Assembly (NCBI GenBank): GCA_964016885.1
Contig: OZ024743.1
Location: 98,394,001-98,458,000 of the forward strand
Reading direction: 5' to 3'
From: Eledone cirrhosa
Taxonomy: Eukaryota
Length of the DNA stretch: 64,000 bases
Part shown: positions 1 to 13,037 of the stretch, piece after piece
Layout: every line of letters begins with the position of its first letter
Position numbering within the stretch: the first letter of the stretch is position 1
Program-made: the position numbers and the translations under genes
The notes under the pieces: model-generated
The model's input: only the letters and a program-made list of their open reading frames with translations
What the model was told of the DNA's origin: nothing
The model's database searches: none

Positions 1-345
1 AGTTCTTTTATTGGATTCATTCATTGAACCACAGCCATGTTGAAGCTTTCAAGGGGTTTTTATCCCATCATATCAACTCCAGTACTTATTTCAGGATGGT
101 ATTTAATTCATCAACCACCATTTCTTGAACTGCTAAGCTATAAAGCAGAAACAACATGGGTTTTGTTTTCACCAGTTTAAAGTAAGCACAGACACATATA
201 TACAATAAACTTTTACACAACTTCTGCCAACAAAATTCAACAAAGTACTAATTGGTCTTGGTCAACATCAAGCTACAGCAAAAAACATCTAAAGTGTTGA
301 AGAGTGTGATCAAACCCAGAACTATATGGTTACAAAGCAATCTTT
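1..345 (-). mobile_element. Degenerate Octopus-type tRNA-derived SINE
   Basis: Colinear decayed blocks resembling the abundant Octopus SINE (cagccatgttgaagc; tcaactccagtacttatt; gaactgctaag; caaacccagaactatatggtt as a reverse B-box region). Recognised from memory of the family. Confidence 0.55.
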
Positions 346-702
346 ACATGTCCAAGACAACACCTACATTATAGCATTCCTTTTTAAAACATGAATTATG
401 TTTTGCAATCATGATTATCCTTCCACCATTTAAAGAAATAATTCTGAGAAGACAAGTATTGAGTTGAGTAACTTAAAGGGTTAAAGCAGCATAACAACTT
501 GAACATTTACTTGTATATTTTCATAGTAAAGGCTTTACCTCATAATTATCTCACATAATATCAAATCTATGAGATTTTGATGTTATTTATTTTGAGAACA
601 ATACATTAACATCAGTATGAGTGGCTGGTTACAGCCAGTTTGAACAGACAGACAAGAGAATTCTGGCTGGCTTAAATGCTAATCATATACAATTACATAG
701 AA

Positions 703-960
703 TCATCATCATCGTTTAACATCCATTTTTCTATGCTAGTAGAGGTTAGACAAATAGTCTCGTGAAATATGTCAGATCAGATGACCATGTCTTGCTCAAA
801 CAGAACTGTTTTGGGCTTGGTTTCTACGGCTGGATGCCTTTCCTAATGCCAACTACATTTACAGCATGGAATGGGTGCTTTTTATCATGGCACCAAAACG
901 ACCAACTGACAAGTTAGACTCGGTGCTTTTTGTTTTGTCACCAACATGACCATCTTAGGG
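703..960 (-). mobile_element. Short RTE-3'UTR/SINE-tail-like fragment
   Basis: (CAT)n plus cgtttaacatcc terminus and ggctggatgcc..tcctaa motif, shared with the 3' UTR of the RTE copies in this window. Confidence 0.7.
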
Positions 961-989
961 ATGGTGATAATGATGGTGGATGCTAATAC

Positions 990-1440
990 TCAACATCATT
1001 TTACATATGCTTTTCCTTGCTTGCAATGGTAGGGCAGGTCTTCTTCAACACAACATCTCTCCATTTATCACAGTCCTTCGTCATCTCTGTGAGCTTCAGC
1101 TATCTGGGGTCAGCTCTCACCACCTCTGCCCATGTTTTTTGTGGTCTTCCGCTACTGTGTCTTTCTTGGCACTTCTTCACCCAGCAGTCATCATCAATGC
1201 ACATCACATGTCAATACCAACACAGTCTTCTCTCCTGCACACTATAGTTTATTCATCTTATACACAGTTTCACTCTCAACTCGTCCATGCTTGGTTGTTC
1301 ACACACATTGACATTGCACATCCATCGGAACATGCTTGCTTCATTTCTCTCCAGCCATTGCATATCGTCCACAGTTCCTGCATGTCTCACTACCATGCAA
1401 CATTGCACATTTCACACAGGCATCATACAACCAACCTTTT
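990..1440 (-). mobile_element. Old RTE LINE 3' fragment
   Basis: Decayed similarity to the RTE C-terminus at 9271-9694 (RLERNEASMLRWM / RLRWYGHV region). Confidence 0.75.
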
Positions 1441-2429
1441 GTTCGGTTGTATGATGCCTGTGTTAATACTACAGAAATAAATTATCTTCAATAAGTTAAT
1501 GAATATTTTATTTACTGATATACCTGCATTTTTTTTTTTTTTTTTTTTTTTTTTTTGCATAAAAAAATTAAGATTTTGGAATTGTGGGGGAAATTGAAAG
1601 GAATACGAAATAATAAAAAAAAAAGGAATTATTTATTAGGATATGGATAATGTTTTGGAATGTAGCAATCACTAACTTATATAAATTCTATTTAACCTTT
1701 TGAAACCAAATCTGATACAAAATTTTTATGTTTATTATTTATCTAAAAACCTCCCATTATGTTATGTAAGAACTTTAGTTGTGGTCCAAACTCCAGTTCA
1801 ATTACAAGAATGTTATTTTACTAAATCCCTCCAAATCTTTGACTATTTTCAAAATTATTCGAAATATGGTAACAAAATGGTGAAACAATACTTCTAGATC
1901 TCAGGATAAATTGATGTTAAATTATTACTTATAACATTTAATGTTTTATTATAAAAAAAAAACTGTCATGAAGTGATGTTAATGAATTATTAAATACATT
2001 TTATAAATTCAGTGAAGATAACCTGTTGTTGGCATTGATAGAATTGCAACATTAGGCAAAAATAATCACATCAAGCACAAAAAACCTTTGTAGAAAGGAA
2101 TGTACAATATTTATTATGGCAACATATATTTAAAGTCATGGACTTCAAAAATAAAAAAATATCTTGATTTCATGTTTATCTATCACAAAGAATGCAGATC
2201 TTAAAACAGGAATTTCAGACTTGCATTAAAAGCTAAAATCATCTATTAGTCTGCATATATTTGACTAAGTTTTAAACCGCATTATCACTTTAATTCAGTA
2301 CTATTAGAGTAAAAACTTTCTAATAGATCTGAAAGAATGAAAATATTTTTCGCTTTCAACTCGGGAAAAACAAAAAAAAAAAAAAAAAAAAATCATAAAA
2401 ATATTGTTAAAAAATTTCTTTTTTTCTTT

Positions 2430-2790
2430 TTATGTACAACATTTATTATTTTCTTTTGGGTGAAGAGTCTGATTTTTAGCATTTGATAAACTAACTGTAC
2501 TATTTGAATGAATAGTCTTTATGGATGTACCTGGTGTGTAAGGAAGACAGAACTGTAAAATATATTCAAAAACTTCATCTACATTATACCCTGTACGACT
2601 TGAAGTCTCAAAGTACGGAGGCTTTTCTAATTTTTCCATTGGTTGATTTGCATTCATCTCAAGTGCTAATTTTTCGGCAGCTTCCACAGACACTTGCCTT
2701 GTGTTTGGAGATGTAATATCATATTTGGTTCCAACTACTATTTTTAGGCAACTATCTTGTGCCGAGGAGAGAAGTGGTAAAAATCTTGTC
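2430..2790 (-). CDS. Rab20: Rab20-like small GTPase, last coding exon
   Basis: Acceptor ttttcccaaAG at 2792-2791. Encodes (G)TRFLPLLSSAQDSCLKIVVGTKYD (G4) ... YFETSSRTGYNV (G5) ... KCCT* (Rab geranylgeranylation motif). The phase-2 join fits the 12925-13037 exon. Confidence 0.88.
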
Positions 2791-2840
2791 CTTTGGGAAA
2801 AAAATAAAATAAAAAATAAAAATTAGAATATTTTCAGTAT

Positions 2841-5800
2841 ATCATCATCATCGTTTAACGTCCATCTTCCACGCTTGCATGGATTTGGACGGGAATTGTC
2901 CCACATGAGGCAAGATTGGTTGTCTTGCTCGTATAGGACTGTCTGGCAGGTTTTCTACGGCTGGATGCCCTTCCAACCAACCACGTTTACAGTGTTGACT
3001 GGGAGGTTTTTACCGTGTTACCTACACGGCCACATTACAACGTGGACTGTGTTATTTGTCGTGACACCTACATGACCTCATTTGTTTCGGACTGGACGTT
3101 GTGATACCAACATAACTTTACATTGGAAGGGGTGGTGTGTATGGGGTGGGGGTAGTGTGGCCGGAGTGTATTTTTGTTAGAGGTGCCTACTGACTAGGTT
3201 TCGCTTTGTACTTAGGCAAGGCGGGTCTTCTGTATTACTGCGTAGCACCAAAGATCTTGGTCCAGTGACATTGTCTTGGAGAGGTGTAAGTGTGTGAGGT
3301 CGGAATTTATCAAGTCGTCCCAGGTTTTTCTGGGTCTGCCTACTCCGTGGCTACCGTCTATTTTTATCGCCCTGCACTTTTTTATACAGCTGTCGTCTTT
3401 CATGCGCATCATGTGACCGTACCAACGTAGTCTTCTCTCGAGTAAACATCTGATCCCTCTTATTCCTAATTTCTCCCTTAGTTCGTTTATGCTTTGCCGT
3501 TCAAATATATTACTATTACACATCCAGCGGAGCATGCAAGCTTCGTTCCTCTCCAGTCTGCGTATATCCTCTGCACACAATGCCCAGGTCTCACTGCCAT
3601 GTAACATTGCTGTTCGTATGCAGGCATCATACAGCCTGCCTTTCATTTTTAGAGAGAACCCTTTAGCAGCCAATAGTGGTATAAGCTCTCTGAACTTTTT
3701 CCATCCCGTTCTGACTCTAGCTACTGTACTTTCAGAGCACCCTCCCCCACTGCTGATTTTGTCACCCAGGTAACGGAAGCTGTCCACTATTTCTATAGAA
3801 CCATCTGTGCAATTCTGTGGGCACTTGCTGCTACTTATTGCACCAGAGCACCGGCCACATATAAAATCTAAATTCTTAGTTAGCTTACCTGTGATCCCAC
3901 TACATCTTTTATGCACCCATACTTTGCATTTGGGACATAAAATGGAGTTTCTGCCTACTCCCTTCCTACACACTGAGCATGGCCATTTCCCAGATGGGAC
4001 TGGTGCCCTATTTTCCTTCCTACAAACTAGAACTTTAGTCTTAGACAAGTTAACTTTAAGGCCTTTAAATTCTAGGCCATGCTTCTATGTTTGGAATTTC
4101 TTCACTAGTTCATCCATTGATTCAGCTATGAGCGTTAGATCATCGGCATATAGGAGTTCCCATGGGCAGCCAGTCTTGAACTCCTCTGTTATAGCCTGAA
4201 GGGCAATAATAAATAGTAGGGGGCTAAGAACGAAGCCCTGATGAACACCAACTTTTACGCTAAACTCTTCACTATATTCGTTGTTAATTCTAACCTTGCT
4301 GACTGTTTCTTTATACATGGCTTGTATAGCTCTCACAAGCCATTCATCAACACCTAGTTTTCTAAGAGCCCACCAGATAATGGAGCTGGGGACTCTGTCG
4401 AAGGCTTTCTCCAAGTCAACAAAAGCTAAGTATAGGGGTTTACTTTTAGCTAGGTACTTCTCCTGTAGTTGTCGTACAATGAAAAGAGCGTCTGAGGTAC
4501 TTTTACCCGACACAAACCCGAACTGCATTTCATCTAGATCAATTCGTTCTCTGATTAGTTGCGCTACTACTTTTTCTGTGACCATGACCTGGTCGATTAA
4601 TTTAATGCCTTTATAGTTACCCCTATCTAGGGCATCTCCTTTACCCTTGTAGCAGTTAATGATGATGCTGCTACGCCAGTCCTTCGGAACAGCCCCATTC
4701 TGTATGACTTGGTTTACTATCCGGGTGACCAGTGTGTCCCACCGTTCCAGATGCTTTCAGCATTTCAGCAACTATTTCCGAAGGCCCAGCCGCCTTACCC
4801 ATCTTCATATCTTTGATTGCCTTACTTATTATACTACCTTCAACTAGCACTGCTGGTCCCTCTATTGGATCGATGTGGGGGAGACTGTCTTTCTCCCATT
4901 TATTCTCCTCATTTAGTAGCCTTTCGTAGTGACACTTCCAAGCTACCTTCTTATCAGCGTCAGTGATGGCAAGTACACCATCATCATTAAGGACACACTT
5001 CTCCCCGACAATATCACGGTTTTCCTTGACACATTGCCTAGCAATCCTGAACACGTCACGTTTTTGGTTCTCGCGTTGTAGAATATGCTTGAACTTTCTT
5101 TCCTCTGCTTCCCTTCTTGCAAAGTACACTTGTCTCCTAGCTTCCCTCCTGGCCACTTGATAGTCTTCTCTACTTCCCCCATCCCGCCATACTTTCCAAG
5201 CCTGCTTTTTGGCCTTAATTGACTCCTCCACCTTACTGTTCCACCACCACGTTACTCTCCTCCTGCCTATAGGCCTGCTCCAGCCACAGACTTCATCTGC
5301 CGCCTTTAGCAGGTTAGCTTTCAGGAATTCCCACTGTTCCTCTTTATTGTCCGACTAATTGCTCTTCCTTACTGTCGAAAGCATCAAGTAATATGCTTTT
5401 AAATTTATTACTGGCTGTAGGGTCCTTTAGCTTCCATATTTTTCTCCTGAGGATAGTCCTCTTCTGTTGTCGAGTATGTCTCGTCCTGACTATGAGGTCG
5501 CTAATTATGAATCTATGTTGGGAGGTGCATTCTTCATGGGGGAGGGATTTAGTGTTTACAACAGACTCTCTGTCACGTCTTCAGGTAAGGATATAATCTA
5601 CCTGGCTGGTATGTTCCCCTGATCTGTAGGTGATCAAGTGATTGTCTCGTTTTTTGAAGTCAGTGTTACAGATAGTTAGGTTATTTGCATCACAGAATTC
5701 CAGGATTAGCCGTCACAATGTTGTCCAACGTGACCATTTAGGTCGCCTGCAATAATTATATAGTCACTGTCGGATATTTGGGACGTAGCGAGCATCAGTG

Positions 5801-6356
5801 TCTCATAGAATCTGTCTTTTATAGCGCCAGGCAGTCCGGATTGGGGTGCGTACGCAGATATTACTGTCACAGTAGTTCTATTTAGAACAAGTCTTATTTT
5901 AATTATTCTGTCGTTCACTCTATTTACGTCTATTATCTTATCCACCCATTTTTCTGCTAACATGATTCCTACCCCACCCAGCCCATTGTCATTTCCCACC
6001 CAGAAAAGCTTATAGCATCGTTTTTTACCCACAATGAATCTAACAGACCCGCCCCTCCACCTGGTCTCTTGGATACAGCAAACATCAACCTCCTTACGTT
6101 CAAGCATTTCTACAACCTCGTTAGAGCAACCTTTTAAGGTGCCTACATTCATGGTACCAACTCTGAAGTTTTGGATTGCATTTTGGTGGGTGGGAACGGC
6201 GGGGCGCAGGGAGGAGTGAGGGGGATGGGGTTGGGGTTATGTTGGCCATCCGCGGCCGAAACAAAGAGGAGTCCTTGCCTTTTCGTCCGGCAGCATGAGG
6301 TGAATTTGTCTATCTTTGGCATTGTCACTGAGTGTCCAGATTTTTCAGACTCTCCA
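2841..6356 (-). mobile_element. RTE LINE family A, near full-length, frameshifted/deleted (inactive)
   Basis: Colinear with the intact copy at 20431-24290. APE ([19 protein letters not shown]), RT ([15 protein letters not shown]) and PHD-like insert are split over ORFs 5706-6152, 4671-5231, 4085-4585 and 3212-4048. (CAT)n tail at 2841. Confidence 0.95.
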
Positions 6357-6389
6357 GAGAGAGAGAGAGATCATTTTACGTCCACTTTT

Positions 6390-7345
6390 GGGGTGTTCTT
6401 ATGATGTAGTACAGCTCCATGAGGCAGAGCAGGTATTCCCCCCTGAAGTTGTAGGGTGCAGCCCTACTGACAATATCCCAGTGTGTGGAGAAGCTTATGT
6501 TGCCGTCTTGCAATGTGGTGACGTAGTTGGCAAGCGATGTGGAGTGCCTTAATTTTTTGTTCCTGAAAGAGTGGAGATGTGTTCTAAATCTCGTTTTAAA
6601 CTGGCCAGAGGTGGCTCCTATATAGTATTTAACTCCACTATGGCTAGTTACGGTGCACCTATAAACAACCTTATCAGTCAGGCAGTTTCCCCCGAGATAT
6701 TGTCAGTAGGGCTGCACCCTACAACTTCAGGGGGAAATGCCAGCTCTGCCTCATGGAGCTGTACTACATCATAAGAACACCCCATGAGCTCTTAAACAGC
6801 CAAGCAGAATCAGTTATTAATTGTAAACACCGGGTACAGGCGTCGTATTTTGCCTGGGAGGCGACTGTGACATGAAAACTACGAACTGGGTCCCCCTGCC
6901 CGAACCATAACACCCCGGTGGGCAGGCAGTATGAACAAACATCTGTGAACCAAATGTACACCGCAGACCATACTCAAACAAACATTAGTGAAGCAACATC
7001 CACTAAATAATAAATGGTCACTCCAGACCCGACCTGTACTGGCACTAGTGAAACAACACACATAATATAAAGATGCTAAACACCAGCATATGAACAAGCA
7101 TTAAAATCCACATGGGACTGATTGCTTGAACACCGGCCAGAGTTACTCCCCCTGCTCTGATAATAAAAACACATGCACAGAGGAAAATGAATGATGATGT
7201 TAATTTAACCATAAATTCCCTCCTGGGTCCTATATTGAACATTATTTTGCTTTCCATGCCCTTGATAAGCCCGCTAAGGGCGAAACGTACATAGGTGCAC
7301 AATTATATAAACATGTTTTAACGGTTTTAAACTCTTTGTATTCAT
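6390..7345 (+). mobile_element. Penelope-like element 3' fragment with inverted 5' part
   Basis: Minus 6690-6390 translates GNCLTDKVVYRCTVTSHSGVKYYIGATSGQFKTRF...WDIV (GIY-YIG). Plus from 6697 gives DIVSRAAPYNFRGKCQLCLMELYYIIRTPHELLNSQAESVINCKHR, homologous to the C-terminus of ORF 38179-40116. About 88 bp inverted overlap; hammerhead motif near the 3' end, followed by (TA)n. Confidence 0.88.
7256..7300 (+). ncRNA. Minimal type I hammerhead ribozyme, U3-A8 variant
   Basis: tgccc TTGATAA gccc-gctaa-gggc GAAA c-gtac-a TA ggtgca. Core, stem II and palindromic stem III loop are present; C.A mismatch at 15.2/16.2. Confidence 0.7.
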
Positions 7346-7361
7346 TTCCTTTATATATATA

Positions 7362-7393
<32 letters not shown>

Positions 7394-7394
7394 T

Positions 7395-9140
7395 GTTATA
7401 CTTTAGGAGGGTCATGTTGCCAATAAGAAATACACGCACCAGTTGCTCTCACTTCATTTATTATAATAAATTTATAAATTTAGGAATTTATAAATTTCCG
7501 GTTGGTTGGTTCCACAACCAGATGGTTGTTTATATATTGTCAAAGTTCTATCGTCACACATTCTGTGACCTCTTCAGTGACTGGGGATTCTTTTCTTTGT
7601 CCCTCTCCTTTGTTCTGTCCTACGCCATCTTGTTTTTGTGTGTGTGTTGTGTGCTTAGTTTGCGTATGTGTTACATCCGGGTGTCTGTGTGTGTTTATAT
7701 TCGTTTACTTATTTGTTTATTTACATGTTACTGGTTGGTTGTTTGTTCTATGTGCGTGTGTGTGTTTTCATTTTGTCCTTAATTGTAAGTTGTGATGTTG
7801 CTGTTCCACTCATGTTTTCTATTTAATTTTGGTTGGAGTTAATTTATGTTTATTGCCTCTGATTTGTCTAAACATTGCGTCTTTTCTGTGTGTAGATTCT
7901 ATTTTTATTTCTATGTTCTATTTTAGCATGTTGGTAGAGTACAGATGATTCTTTACTATCTTGAAGGTCTCGCCAGTGTTCATTTATCCGTTCCCCTATA
8001 CTACGAGCTGTCTCACCTATGTACACTATATTTTTATCTCTACATTGTCCTTCAGTACATCTTATGCTATATACTACATTTCTAGTTTTACAGTTAATAT
8101 GGGGGGGTTAATTTACAGATTATACATTTCTTATCTATACAGGGAGGTCTTTGAAAAGGGTATGTATTGCTAATAAGTGTTTTTATGGAGGTACCTGGTC
8201 TTTCTACTATCTTAATATTGAGTTTATGTTTATCTAGAGCCCTTCTAAATTTGTAAGCTAATTCACCTCTAGGGGTTGTATCAATGAACATTACACTCTG
8301 GTATTTATTGCTATCATACCATGAGTTTATTCTATTAGCCTTATTCCTAGTTCTTTCTATTCTATTCCCAAATTTGCTCCTATACAAAGGGCAGGTCCCA
8401 TTTGTATCATTATTTACCATTTTTCTCATTTAGTTCTGGCTCCTCTATATACTCTGATCTTATCTCTTTGATTGTAACCAGAGAACTGCATACGGTGGAT
8501 GAAGTGTTGTATGTGTCTCTCTAGTTCTTTGGGGTTGCACATGCGGGACACGTTTTTCATCACTCGTACCAAATCCGCAATCAGTATGTTGATTTTGGTA
8601 TGGTCCGAAATGGCCGAGTTTCGGTGGATCAGATGTTTGGAAGTCATGAGTTTGGCATAATGGGAATGGAGGATTTGTTTTTTGTTATTAATGGTATCTT
8701 ACTAGAGCTCTGTGTCTAGTACAGGTAATCGATGGTTGGGGTGTTTGCTTGGGTAGTCTATAGTAACTCTAATACTCTGGTGGATGGAGTTAGCTATTTG
8801 CTGGATGCTTTCCATTGTGTTTTTCTCTAATTCCTGACTGTTCTCTAGTGGGGGTGTTTTCACTACGATGCTTATATCATCAACGTAGCGGGAGTACATT
8901 ATCAGGGTTGAAGGGTCTTCTAATTGTTCTTTACGTTTAAGTCTACTGTCCCACCATACGATAAATAGGTTAGCTATGCTAACACCAATGGCTGAACCAC
9001 AATGAACTAAAGAAAATGATTGCACATGTGGTGGGGGCCAGCATAAAATTAACCCTTAAGGAACATATGTTCAAATTTAATGGAAAAACAGATGCCCAAG
9101 AGGAGGGAGCAGCCATTGGTGTTAGCATTGCCGGTGAAGT
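7395..9140 (-). mobile_element. Degenerate Penelope-like element (RT + GIY-YIG), short inverted 5' segment
   Basis: Minus ORF pieces AIGVSIANLF..YSRYVDD..PVLD, CIDKKCIIC, then CKTRNVVYSIRC..VYIGETARS. Plus 8996-9140 encodes the upstream RT stretch EHMFKFNGK..QEEGAAIGVSIAG; 19-bp inverted overlap 8976-8994 / 9110-9128. Confidence 0.85.
7539..7581 (-). ncRNA. Hammerhead-like motif with GAUA in place of GAAA
   Basis: Minus strand: gtca CTGAAGA g gtcac-agaatgt-gtgac GATA gaac TT tgac. Stems I and II pair; lies in a PLE 3' UTR. Confidence 0.5.
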
Positions 9141-9270
9141 ATAACAATATCGGTTTCAACACACGTTTTCAGATAAAGAATCTTGCTAAACAAATTCAGA
9201 AACGATATATATATAGATATATATATATAGATATATATAGATATCTATATATATATCTATATATATATAT

Positions 9271-9694
9271 ATCATCATCATCATTTTACGTCCGCTTTTC
9301 CCTGCTTGCAAGGGTGGGACGGGTCTTATTCAGCACAGCATCTCTCCACTCGTCACGGTCCTTTGTCATCTCCACCGTGAGCTTCAATGATCTGAGGTCT
9401 GTTCTCACCACCTCCGCCCATGTTTTTCGTGGTCTACCTCTACCACGTCTTCCTTCAACTGGCATTTCCTGGCACTTCTTCACCCATCGGTCATCCTCCA
9501 TGCGCATCACATGTCCATACCACCTCAGTCTCCTCTCCCGTACACTACATTCTATCCCTCTCATACACAGTTTCTCTCTCAACACATTTATGCTGGGTCG
9601 TTCACGCACATTTACACTGCACATCCAACGGAGCATGCTTGCCTCATTTCTCTCCAGCCGTCGCATATCCTCTGCAGTTGCTGCCCATGTCTCA
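9271..9694 (-). mobile_element. RTE LINE family B 3' fragment
   Basis: ORF 9286-9666 [28 protein letters not shown]; stop directly followed by the (ATG)n tail; flanked by TA-rich repeats. Confidence 0.93.
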
Positions 9695-9696
9695 AG

Positions 9697-10435
9697 ATAT
9701 ATATATATCTATATCAATATATAGATATATCTATATCAATATATAGATATATCTATATCAATATATAGATATATCTATATCAATATATAGATATATCTAT
9801 ATCAATATATAGATATATATATATCAATATATAGATATATATATATCAATATATAGATATATATATATCAATATATAGATATATATATATATCAATATAT
9901 ATATCAATATATAGATATCAATATATAGATATATATATATCAATATATAGATATATATATATCAATATATAGATATATATATATCAATATATAGATATAT
10001 ATATATCAATATATAGATATATATATATCAATATATAGATATATATATATCAATATATAGATATATATATATCAATATATAGATATATATATATCAATAT
10101 ATATATATATATATCAATATATATATATATATATCAATATATATATATATATCTCTCTATATATATATATATATCAATATATATATATCTATATATATAT
10201 ATATATATATATATCAATATATATATCTCTCTCTCTATATATATATATATATCTATATATCTATATATCTATATATATATATATATATATCTATATATAT
10301 CTATCAATATATATATATATATATATATCTATCAATATATATATATATCTATCAATATATAGATATATATCTATAAATATATAGATATATATATATAGAT
10401 ATATATAGATATATATAGATATATATAGATATATA
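9697..10435. repeat. Composite TA-rich microsatellite (ATATAGATATATATATCA-type units)
   Basis: Directly visible. Confidence 0.95.
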
Positions 10436-10674
10436 TTTTCTTCCTATCTTTCCGTTGCAATACCATGTTTGTTTGTTTACTTGTCTCGCTCATTTTACGC
10501 TAATTTTACTTGTCCCAATAGCTTTATTTATCTATTGCTCTCACCAACTAGAGGTATATGATTTTTAAAGCGATGAAATACCAATGAAAGTTGGAAAATC
10601 ACTGATGAAGGACTAATTTTTATTCATATGTAACCCACGTGCAACCACGCAGCACTCAATTCTTGTCAGATTTT

Positions 10675-10677
<3 letters not shown>

Positions 10678-10770
<93 letters not shown>

Positions 10771-10835
10771 AGAGAGAGAGAGAGAAAGAGAGAAATAGAG
10801 AAATAGAGAAAGAGAGAAATAGAGAAAGAGAGAGT
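10678..10835. repeat. (GA)n microsatellite
   Basis: Directly visible. Confidence 0.95.
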
Positions 10836-10854
10836 TATATTCGAACCACAGAAC

Positions 10855-11068
10855 ATCCAGTCCACACTGTAAAGTGGTCGTGTAGGAGACAACAAAAAGC
10901 ACCCAGCACACACTGTAAACGCGATTGGCGTTAGGAAAGGCATCCAGTTGTAGAAAACCACCCAGAAACAGTCCGGTATGAGTAGAACATGGTTACCCGA
11001 CCCAACTTGCCTCTAATGAGACAAACCTGTCTAACCCATGCTAGCATGAAAGATGGACCTTAAATGAT
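10855..11068 (+). mobile_element. RTE-3'UTR/SINE-tail-like fragment
   Basis: ggcgttaggaaagggcatccag motif and ctaacccatgctagcatg..ggaccttaaatgat terminus. Confidence 0.7.
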
Positions 11069-11702
11069 ATATATAAATATATATATATATAGTATCATCA
11101 TCATGGCCTGAGACAAGACATGGTCAAGAAAGCATGTCTAACTTATACATTCCATATATAATGCCAGAGTTTCAATAACTGGATGCCCTCTTAACATTAA
11201 GACCATAAGCTAACCTAAAATAATTGTAACGCAAGGAAAAAATAACAATATCTGCTTTAGATACAACACTGATTTTCCAGCACATATAGTACCAGACCTC
11301 TACTGAGTTATCTGTTTTGCTGAACTAATAGAAGACACGTAATAATTATTGAAGATAAATAGGAGACTGCCATCATGCTCCCATTTTCCTTACTAAACCC
11401 TCATAACACGGTTTATTCCTTAAAAGCACACAAAGGCAGAAACATTTTACATTCCGAGTTGAGAGGCTTCTGCTTCAAAAATCTCCCAAGAATAAGTGGA
11501 CGAAGAAGAAAACACCCAAAACATATCTAGGGATTCAAATCTGACCAATGACCAGGAATAATCACCCAACCATGGGACCACAACTGATTATGAAGGCTAC
11601 AATGAGTGAAGGAGGACTGTGGTCAACAGCTAGTGTATTCAAATGATAATACTATGGCCATGTATTTGTGATTTTCATTTAGATGAAAAAAACCTTCAAC
11701 TT

Positions 11703-12410
11703 CATCATCATCATCACCGTTTAACATATATTTTTCCATGCTTCCATGGGTTGGACGGGTCATCTACATCAGGAGACATGTCTGGCCAGCTGGTTATGCC
11801 ATACCTTGCTCAAATGGAACTGTATTTTAGCTGAGATTTTTACAGCTGGATGCCCTTTCTAACACCAAACCCTTTTACAGTGTGGAACTGGGTGGCACTG
11901 TTATGAGAAGGGTCTGGCCAGTTAACCGCACCGTACCCTGCTCACATCGGAACCATAATTTGGGTGGTCCCATAAGGAGGGAGGTCAGGCCAGTTGTCCA
12001 CACTATGCCTTGCTCATAGTAGAGCTGTGTTACTGGACGGTCTTGTTATGAGCCAAGTCCGGCCATACCTTGCACATATCAGGACTGTCTTGGCTGGGTT
12101 TTTACAGCTGTTAGATACCCTTCCTAACACCAACCCAGCGTGGACTGGTGGCTCCATTGTGGGGAGAGTCTGGCCAGTTGGTCGTGCCGTATTCTGTTCA
12201 GAGCAGCACTGTGTTTTGGGATCTGAGTAGTCCCATTATGGGGGAGGTCTGGTCAGTTGACCATACCATGCCTTGCTCATAGTGGGGTCGTGATTGGACT
12301 GGGTTTTTACAGTTGTTGGATGCCCTTCCTACTGCCAACCAAGTGTGGAACTGGGTGGCACCATTGTGAGACAAACCTGGGCAATTGGCCATATTGTACT
12401 TTGCTCAAAC
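11703..12410 (-). mobile_element. RTE-tail element with about 7 diverged internal ~60-70 bp repeats
   Basis: (CAT)n plus ccgtttaac terminus; the unit tctggccagttg..ccatgccttgctca recurs about 7 times and ggatgcccttccta 3 times. Confidence 0.65.
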
Positions 12411-12924
12411 GGCTTATACAATCATTTTCCCATTCGCCTTAAATTTTTAATCAAATGTAATTTTTTAAAATTTTAATTGATTTAAAATCATTAGTAATAA
12501 ATCATATCTACCTCCTTTAAGAGTTTTAAGACTCTTATCTACTAGAGCATTGCAAGCCCTCATTGGGGTTTTTCTTGAGGCAATATTATGTGGTCAGATT
12601 TCCTGACTTTAACCCTCTTAGTTGCTTCATATGATATGCAAGGGGATACAGTGTACCTAAACTGGATGAAAGGAGATACTTTAAAACTTCACACCCAAAA
12701 TAGGGACCTAGAAGCAGACCCCAATCAATCATGGTTGGATAACTTTCTTGAGCTCAGTTGATCTGGCAGGGGGATCCAGCTGGATTAATTGGAAACAGTT
12801 GCCCCTGATAAGACTGCTACTGCCCCAAGAACCTCTTAGAAAAAAGTGAGCAAAGAAGAAGACACCCAAACATATCTAATAATGCACTTATCCAAAAGTA
12901 TTATGAGATTCTAAAAGAACTTAC

Positions 12925-13037
12925 CCAAGGGATTCAAAAGATTTCAAACAGTTCAAATTAAAGGCAAATATTGCAGCCCCTGCATTGCGACAATAGAATG
13001 ACGAAAGTCCTGTAAACCTCTCCTCTCCTGCTGTATC
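12925..13037 (-). CDS. Rab20: Rab20-like GTPase internal exon (G3/switch II)
   Basis: ttgtAG acceptor and GTAAGT donor; 113 nt encoding DTAGEERFTGLSSFYCRNAGAAIFAFNLNCLKSFESL plus 2 nt. Confidence 0.92.

Noticed and set aside
10601-10625. CTGATGA as a hammerhead core
   Set aside because: No stem II partner and no GAAA downstream.
12613-12645. Decayed hairpin + CUAA motif resembling a retroelement 5' ribozyme
   Set aside because: Too degenerate to build a fold; resemblance is from memory only.
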